Positions 31,001 through 38,741 of a stretch of 64,000 nt of DNA are shown piece after piece (within the stretch, counting starts at the first letter, position 1; each line of letters starts with the position of its first letter). This DNA is from a virus. A program made the translations under genes and the position numbers. A model generated the notes under the pieces. It was given only the letters and a program-made list of their open reading frames with translations, did no database searches and was not told where the DNA came from. The stretch lies in the IMG/VR virus record IMGVR_UViG_3300045999_013174. One strand, 5' to 3'.

Positions 31001-34000
31001 TTATGACCTCAATGAGAAGAACCGGCTTAACCCTGGCGGAACCCGGATGGTTTACCGCTTGCCGGGTAACAGGGTTATAAAAGTGATTGGCGATAACACC
31101 CAAGCTGGTCGGGTTCAGAATCTCGCAGAAGGAATTGAGGATTTTACGCCTATGGTTTACGAGTCCGGGCTGGACTATGTGATTGTAGAGGAGCTTCCTC
31201 CGCCTTCAAGCGCAAATTTCAAAAACTTCGCCTCTTGGCTTAGCAAGACAAAGGCTGAGGACTGGATAAAGAAGCCTGAAGCGTTCCGAGAAAAGCTTGC
31301 TGAGTTTGGTCTTGAGAAAATACTTGACAAAGGATATTCTCTTGCTTATGGAGATATTACTGCGATTGAGAATTGGGGAGAGCGCGACGGCAAGATTATG
31401 CTTGTCGATGCGGGAAGCCTTGTTGCCGGATACCAAGTGTCGGGCAGTCTTGATAAGGCAGAACAAGTTCTCGCAGAGAAGACTGTTGCGACCAAGGAGG
31501 TGTTGGCTACAGACGCTCCGAAGGCTACGGTTTTGTTCCAAGCTGCGGCCCCCTTGCCGCCTTCTCCATGGCAGAATCTTATTGCTACGAACCGCCAGGC
31601 TCACAAGGCGGTTGTCAAGATGACCAAGAAAATCATCAAGGCTAACGGGAAGGTCGCAAATGATGTTGCTAATATCCTTATCGACACAATAGCTCAGGGG
31701 TTACCTGATATGCCGCCAATGCCAAAAGACATAGCGTTTGATTATGTAATCAAGGGTATGTCTGAACTTGGCATTCAGCCTGATTATACAGGTATGGCGG
31801 TGCAGCCTGATGAGATTGAATTGAGTGTTGGAGACCTCAATGTAAAGACGGTTTTCACCCGGGTTCAGCAATCAAAGAAAGTTTCCGGCCGGCTCCGCCA
31901 GGCGCTTACCCGTGCGGGAAGGCTTTATGACGTAGAGAACCAAGGCCTCGCTTCTGAGCTTGCTAATGCTATTATTGAAGAGTATGGCCCAAGGGCTGCT
32001 ATGGCGATGGTTAAGGCCGGAATTATAAAAGGGGCGACAAGCTCATTTATTTACGGTGCCGTCATTGATAAAATGTCTTCTGAAGGCTCTAAATATTCAG
32101 AGATAGCAGAGGTTATAAATGACTTTGCGCTACATCAGCGTGAGCTTGGTCGCGGGATAGCCGCCCTTAACGAGGTTTATGTAAGAAGCCCACAGGGTCT
32201 GTATTACATGGCCCTCCACGCGATGAATCAAACAAATGCTGTAGCAACTGCCTCGGCTACCGGGGCGGCCACAGCTCTTTCCGGTCAGCTTGCTGCAGCC
32301 CAGCAATCCGCAGCGGCTACCGTGGCTACTAATATTGCTCGTGGCGCAACATCCGGAACCAGCAGGATATCAACCGACATTCCGGATTTGATAATCATGG
32401 GTCAGCAGGAGAAGATGAAAGCCTTGAAAAAAGAGGCGAATGATATCCTCCGTCAGCTCAAAGGGCTCGGCTCTCAACTTCCATTCGCGGCTCCTACAGG
32501 ACGAATCCAAGCCCTTCAATCGCTTGGCAAGCTCGACCTTGTTGTTTCCCTCGGTGCAAACTTTATCAAGAGGGGCAATGTTCAGTTTAGTATTTGGGCT
32601 GCGCGGTTTAAGAAGTCACTATCATCAGCAGGTATAACCTTTGACAAAGATGACTTGCAATACGTTTGGGAAACCGCCGAAGTTAAGAAGACTCTTCAAG
32701 ATACTCTTGATTCGGGCCTTGCTCCTCTCGACGGCCCAATCAGGGATTACCTTCGCTCTACCCAAACGAAGCTTGCTGCTATTGTGCGGAAGCGGGCTGC
32801 CGACCGGACGATAAGCCTTCAGAATTTGGCTGACGATATTGCAGCCTCTCTTGCTGTAGACCCTGTGGTTGCCAGCCGTCTCTCTGCCGCTATTCTTGCC
32901 GACATTGACAAGATGTCTAAGGCTATGCAGCAGAAAATTGTTGAGAAGTTTCATAAGAATCTTACTAAGAAATTCGGCGGCAACAAAGAGGCTGCCGAGG
33001 CTTCCTTAGCAGACTTGGTGAATCTTGTCAACATGAACCAGGCCAACCCGCATGACATCGCAGAGGCGATAAAATTTGCTTTTGGCGGTGTTTCTATGTC
33101 GGACTCTCAGTCGGACCAGTTTATCAAGCTTGCCGAGGATGTGTTCAAAACCCGGGAGGGCTCTCGAAATCGTCAGATTGCTCAGAAGCGCCTTGTTGAG
33201 TTTACCAACAGTTTATACAAAACCAAGTTTGGAGACTTGTTTTGGATTTTCTTTTACCCAAATCAGCTTGCCGGCATCAGTACGCAAGTGGTAAACACCA
33301 TTGGAAACTTCTACAACACTCTCGCTCAGATGCTCATTTATGCTCACACAGACATACGCAATGCTGTCCGTATGGGTCTTGGGACATCTTTGATTAATTC
33401 ATTGTTGGAGCTTTCTCAGCAGGTTGGCACAGGGCTGCAGAGCGCGAAGCTTGTAATGGAAACGGGTATCGCTGGCTCCGGGAATAAGTATGCAGACCTT
33501 AAAGCCGCCACTAAGAATTCAAAAACCATCGAGGATGACCTTGGTTATAAGATTCAGAGTTTTAGCGGGCTTTCTACAGCGGAGGTGTTCCCTGTTGCGG
33601 TACGAAACCTGTTTAACGGATTCATGCTGCTTAATCAAGCGTTCTTGAAGTATTTCCCGGTGAGGTTTATGACCGCTGTGGATAATGCCTTCTATCAGGC
33701 TACATACGAGAAGTCTATCCGCAGACAGTATATCAACGAGCTTTATGAGCAAGGGTTTCGTGGAAAAGCGTTACGCGATGCTGTATACGAAGCAATGCAC
33801 GGAACTGATACGGATGTTCAGACCGCTGCTCAGGAAGCGTATGCTGAAATGGTCGACGCGCAAATCCCATTCTTCGACAATCAGAAGCTTGCGGATTATA
33901 TCCTGGCGAAACAGCTTAGCGGTGAGATTAAGGCTGCTATAAATAGTGCTATTGGCGCGGGTTCTGGAACTTCTCCTTTGCCTCCTCTCGCCGAGCTTAT

Positions 34001-35819
34001 GAATATGCTCGGGTCAGAGACCACTGGGCCTCTAATGTCTGCTGCGTTAATACAGGCGGACCCGAGTATTTTGGCTGAGCGAAGCTTGTGGTCTACGGCC
34101 GCGAAGGTTGCCGTAAGGGAGATTATTCACTCCCGCTCGATTCCTGAACACATTGCCGACAGGGCTTCGCGCCAGTCGATGTATGTGACATTGAAAAATA
34201 CGCCCGAAGGGTTTCTTGGGGTTATTGCCGCCGTTACGTCGATGGCCGTAAATACATTCGCTCCGATTCGATTCCTGGTTCCGTATGTTAATGTCCCGTT
34301 CAATATCGCCAATATGTTCCTCGATTGGTTCCCGCTAACCTCTGTGCCCCGCGCAGCCGGCTTGTCGCTATCGAGGATGTTTGGACCAACGTTCCTGCAG
34401 CGATTTGGTGTTAAGCCATCATCGTATTCTGAGGGAACGGCGGTTCAGTATGGACTGGAATACGACCCTGTTATGCATCAGGAGCAAAAGGTCAGGGCTA
34501 TGTATAGTACCCTTATTGGTATCTCGACATTTGCATACTACGTCTCGAAAGCACTTGGGGATGATGAGGAGGAGGAAGGCCCGGCAATAACCGGAGGTCT
34601 CTTCAATGTGAGATATGACCGCGCCGGGAAGACCCAAAAGCCTTACACCATAAAGATATTTGGCGAGGAGTTCTCTTATGAGAACACGCCTTTATACCTC
34701 GTCCTTGCCTCGGTAGGCAACACGTGCGACATAATCCGTCAGCTTAAGGCTGAGGGTGCTGAGCAAGGTGGTGTGAGTTTCGATGCTTTAATAAGCAACT
34801 CGTTGACCTCAATGACTTACACAGCGTTGTCCTTGTTTGATGCCTTGCCTATCAGTGGCCTCGAGGGGATAATGGGGATTCTCTCTTCAAGGGAGAAGGG
34901 GGCTGCGTCCATGGGACTTAAAGAAAAGGCTCTTTTGAGAACAGCCCAGGGACTTATAAAATCCCTGCTTACTCCGGTTCCTATTGTGGGCAACAACTTT
35001 GTGAAGCAGCTTGAGCAATTTAATGACCCACGCAAGTACGTTAATGATGTGTACGACCCTGAGGTGTTTCTTGCGAGAGCAACTGGTCACGTATTGATAA
35101 ACACCCTGTCAGACGGGTCTCTTGTTATGAGAGATTATCTTGGACGCGAAGTTGTTCAATATCCTGGCGCAAGGAATATCAAGACTCTTGAGATTGCTGA
35201 GAAGTCCGACATTGACCGCTACATCTACTCTAAGCATCTGAATTTTATTCCGGTATCAAAGGATTCCGAGGTTGCGGTTATTGCTAAGGGGCCAAATGGT
35301 CGGGAATCCGGGACCCTTGTGAAGCTGACTGATGATGTTCAGCTTTTTAACGAAGCTTACACCGCCGGTGGTACTATTATGCGAAAGTATCTTGGTGAGT
35401 TTCTCCCTCTGCTGAAGTCGCTTAACGACACTCAGCTTGAGAGAGAGATTATCAACCAGGCGAATGAATGGCAGCGAAAGTATGTTATTGAAAAAATAGA
35501 AGACGCCGAGTTTTCCAAAACGAAAGAAGGCTTTAAGGCCTCTTCGATTCCTGACGATATTTCTGTTGTGTTCTCCGGCTGGGGGCGCAACCGCGAATAT
35601 GCCGATGGGGTTACCCGGATTTCCGAAAATGGAAGTATCCTAAATATCCTTCGGGATATTAATAAATCACCGGTTTCCGCAAGGGAATCTAAGCTCAGGG
35701 ATTTGCGCGCTGTTCTCAATGTTAAGACCGAAAGCGAGAGGGTTAGGGATAAGATTCGGGAAGAGGCAGAACGTCGAAACTTAAATGTCAATAATTTGGA
35801 CATCGTAGTTCCTGAATAA
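22026..35819 (+). CDS. giant multidomain virion protein (4,597 aa), putative ejected polyvalent protein
   Basis: Single stop-free 13.8-kb frame. Coiled-coil N-terminal quarter. Pro/Ala linkers, including (PA)n at 26395-26487. A small domain repeated three times. HExxH...E zincin motif at 30060. Gly-loop/VDAG kinase-like segment 30920-31450. Multiple hydrophobic helices 33240-34900. Confidence 0.8.
   Translation: [4597 protein letters not shown]
26395..26487 (+). repeat. coding (Pro-Ala)n low-complexity tract inside the giant gene
   Basis: Translates to [31 protein letters not shown], a linker. A second P/A-rich linker lies at about 30590-30683. Confidence 0.7.
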
Positions 35820-35891
35820 TGGATAAATTCGCAGCAACAACAAGCCAAAAGCCTATGTCCTTAACTGGGCGTAGGCACAACAACTTCAGAT

Positions 35892-36458
35892 ATGCCTCTA
35901 ATTCCAAAGTTCGCGTTTAAGGTCTCAAAGGATGGTAAATCGCTCCGGGTTAAGGATGTGACAGGGCCCTTCTCTGTGTCATCGCCTGGCGGATATGGCA
36001 CACCGAATGAGGCTATTTCCGCGATAGCTTCCTCAAGCGTAACAATAAAAGACCCTGAGGGGAATGCTTATACTATTACGGGGATAGCATCGGATGTTTA
36101 CGCGGAGACTACAATCCCGCAGACCTCAATTGGAGTGCCGCCGGGAGAAAGTATTCCTGATGGGGTTTACGACGCTACATTTTCTATTGTCGGAGCTCTT
36201 GCCACATACACATACACGACCAAGTTTTTTGTAACGTGGAACGTGGAGTGCTGCTTTGAAAAAGCTCAGGCTGCTGAGTCGGCAATTCCTGCCGAAGGTT
36301 GTGGTTGCTCTTGTAAAGGCGGCTCTAATGTCGCGGATTATTTCTACATGATATGGTCTGCGAACAAGGCTTTTTATTGTGGCAAGATAGAATCGGCCAA
36401 GGCAATCTTGGAGTATCTAAAACAGGCCTGTAAAACACTCTCATGTTCAAACTGCTAA
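35892..36458 (+). CDS. hypothetical Cys-rich protein
   Basis: 188-aa ORF. C-terminal Cys cluster (CCFEK...CGCSCKGG...CSNC). Confidence 0.4.
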   Translation: MPLIPKFAFKVSKDGKSLRVKDVTGPFSVSSPGGYGTPNEAISAIASSSVTIKDPEGNAYTITGIASDVYAETTIPQTSIGVPPGESIPDGVYDATFSIVGALATYTYTTKFFVTWNVECCFEKAQAAESAIPAEGCGCSCKGGSNVADYFYMIWSANKAFYCGKIESAKAILEYLKQACKTLSCSNC

Positions 36459-36459
36459 T

Positions 36460-37560
36460 ATGCCAATAACATTTTATGACGACTGCGAGTCGTTGCAGAC
36501 CCCCTCGGGGCTCAACGGGGTTGACGGCCTTTCATCGGTAAGCCAGGTAAAGGATTTTGTTACTACAATCCCGCAAATAGACCCCTCCAACCTGTATCTC
36601 TCAGGCATTGTATACGCCTCCGCTGTTGGCGCATACGGCGTCGAGTGGCTACAGGTTGGTGTGTTTTTCACTTTGCCTCAATATGGAACGTTTGAGGTGG
36701 TTCAAATTGGCACAGCGACCCCTACCGAGACGATTATTTTCTATAAAAACAGAGGCGCGTCAGGGAATGCCCCCCAAGGAACCACTGTTCCCGCAGGTAC
36801 GCTTATTATCCCTGCCGGGACCCCCGGGGCAAACGGCGCCCCAGGCTCTGCTATCATTAATGGCTCAGGAGCTCCTTCATCAGGGCTCGGTTCTAATGGT
36901 GATTTTTATCTCGACACAGCGACCAATGAGATATATGGGCCGAAAACATCGGGCTCATGGGGGGCGGGCGTATCTCTTGTTGGGCCACAGGGTCCACCAG
37001 GAACCGGCACCGCCATTATACAGTCTTCGGGTGCTGGCCCTGTCAGAACAGGGGCAACAGGAGCCTTCTCTTTGCGTAGCTCGGCGATTTCTGTTGCAGC
37101 TAACCAGCTTTGCCCGACCAACGGCTCCGCGGCTATTTTTCATGCTGTATTAAGTGCATGGGAACCAGCGCAAACCGGCTCCGCCGCAAGACTTAAGTTT
37201 TCCTTCAGAATCAACGGAAACGTAGCGTCTAACAATCCCGATACGACAACAGACCCAACAAACCCCTTGTTCTCCAGCGTCCCCTCAGTGGTTGGTGCAC
37301 TTGCCCCCACAATCAGCTACTTTAAGCTGGAGGTGAGGATTCAAAGGGTTACCCAAACGTCCGCTATCGTTACCGTGACATTCATAAATAACTTCCAGGC
37401 TTCGGCGCGAGTTTATTCGGCAGACGTGTCCTCTGTGGTTTTCGATTTTGCTGCAGCGACAACCTTAGAACCATACGTTGAGTTTGTGTCAAGCGCACCA
37501 TTCAACCAGCCGATTCGTGCCTCTATTGTCAACTCTTGGATTGAACTCTTCACACAATAA
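36460..37560 (+). CDS. tail fibre protein with collagen-like Gly-X-Y repeats
   Basis: 366 aa. GAPGSAI..GAPSSGLGSNGDFYLDTATNEIYGPK..GPQGPPGTGTA resembles the widespread phage tail-fibre G-x-x tracts plus a DFYLDT..IYGPK motif. Confidence 0.55.
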   Translation: MPITFYDDCESLQTPSGLNGVDGLSSVSQVKDFVTTIPQIDPSNLYLSGIVYASAVGAYGVEWLQVGVFFTLPQYGTFEVVQIGTATPTETIIFYKNRGASGNAPQGTTVPAGTLIIPAGTPGANGAPGSAIINGSGAPSSGLGSNGDFYLDTATNEIYGPKTSGSWGAGVSLVGPQGPPGTGTAIIQSSGAGPVRTGATGAFSLRSSAISVAANQLCPTNGSAAIFHAVLSAWEPAQTGSAARLKFSFRINGNVASNNPDTTTDPTNPLFSSVPSVVGALAPTISYFKLEVRIQRVTQTSAIVTVTFINNFQASARVYSADVSSVVFDFAAATTLEPYVEFVSSAPFNQPIRASIVNSWIELFTQ

Positions 37561-37563
37561 GAT

Positions 37564-38739
37564 ATGACTTATCAAACGTATACTCTTACCTCATCGGGAG
37601 GGACGATAAATTTTCTTGGAGAGCGGGGACAGTACACCCCCTTCAGAATATATTCGGCAGCGCCGGTAACCCTCGCAGCTTCATTTTCAATTGTTGACCC
37701 GTATCAGCTTGTTGGTGTTCCCTCTATAGTTCGATGGGAGACGGCTGTCACCCTCGGGGCGTTTTCTGTCACTATAAATGGTGTGGCTATGTCGCAGGAC
37801 AGGGTGAACCAGCCGGGTACCTTTGTCAGCGTTTGGGATGGAGCCGCTTATTCTGTTCAATACTTTCCTGATTTCTCAGGGAAGCCGCAGGAGGACCCGG
37901 GGGTTGATTTTGTGAGCGTCCCGGCAACCGGTTCAAGGACAATCAAGCCTGGAGCAGACAAGGCTACTATCGTTCTGCAGGGTTCCCCAACCACGCTCAC
38001 CGGGAATTATACCGTAAGCTTTGAGACAACGGGTGTTACGGAAGGGACAATCCAGCGCGTTATTATCGGCGGCGATATCGACCTGTCGGGAAACCTGCTC
38101 ACTGTTGAGGGTAATGTGATTTCTCTGTATGATGCGGACAAAGGCAACGCCATGATATATGGCCTTTTTGGTGCCGGCGGATGGAGCACCGTATATGTTA
38201 ATGCAGACGTTCCGATCGGGAAGCTTGATACCGCTGGTTACGGCTCGGCTGATGATGGCAAGCTCGTTAATTACGACGATACCACCGGTAAGTTTGAGCC
38301 AAGCTTTATCAGGGCAGAGAATTTCTCCGGGGCGATTATTCCTTTGTACAAGACAACCGTTTTAATCCCATCGTCCGAAGTTCTTGACCTTAACTCTACA
38401 CCAAAGCTCGGGGTTTCCGCCCCAGGACTCGGGAAGGCCATTGAGATAATCCATTGCTCTGCGAAAATCACCAATGTTACAACTCCATACGCTTCGTTTA
38501 CAGGGCTTAGGGTTAGGTATGTAGGAGCAAACTTCGCTATTCGCTTCCAAAATGACATACTGTTGTCGACTGCGGATAGAACCTTGAGGATGGACGGAAT
38601 TGTTTCGACCTCGTCAGGGACAACAAACCAGCAGGTTATGGAAAATGTCGGCATTCAGATTTATGTTGAATCCGGAGACCCCACCGCGGGTGATGGGGAT
38701 TTGGCGGTGAATATTTGGTACACCATAGTAGACTATTGA
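37564..38739 (+). CDS. hypothetical tail/fibre-associated protein
   Basis: 391-aa beta-rich ORF between two fibre-like genes. Confidence 0.4.
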   Translation: MTYQTYTLTSSGGTINFLGERGQYTPFRIYSAAPVTLAASFSIVDPYQLVGVPSIVRWETAVTLGAFSVTINGVAMSQDRVNQPGTFVSVWDGAAYSVQYFPDFSGKPQEDPGVDFVSVPATGSRTIKPGADKATIVLQGSPTTLTGNYTVSFETTGVTEGTIQRVIIGGDIDLSGNLLTVEGNVISLYDADKGNAMIYGLFGAGGWSTVYVNADVPIGKLDTAGYGSADDGKLVNYDDTTGKFEPSFIRAENFSGAIIPLYKTTVLIPSSEVLDLNSTPKLGVSAPGLGKAIEIIHCSAKITNVTTPYASFTGLRVRYVGANFAIRFQNDILLSTADRTLRMDGIVSTSSGTTNQQVMENVGIQIYVESGDPTAGDGDLAVNIWYTIVDY

Positions 38740-38741
38740 TT

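Noticed and set aside
22026-35819. Giant gene as a tape measure protein
   Set aside because: At ~0.15 nm per residue, 4,597 aa would imply a tail of roughly 0.7 um. The protein contains enzymatic-looking and TM-rich modules rather than a uniform helical repeat, and the flanking genes follow a podovirus-like order. It is kept only as an alternative.
22026-35819. crAss-like or N4-like virion RNA polymerase in the giant protein
   Set aside because: I looked for a DxDGD-type two-barrel RNAP motif or T7-like motif A/C signatures and did not see them by eye. Profile search is needed, so this is unsupported.
36608-37153. 181-aa ORF in an alternative frame inside the collagen-like fibre gene (also 36906..37121 and 36955..37143 minus)
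   Set aside because: GC-rich Gly-X-Y coding repeats generate long stop-free shadow frames. The fibre frame has the recognisable motif.
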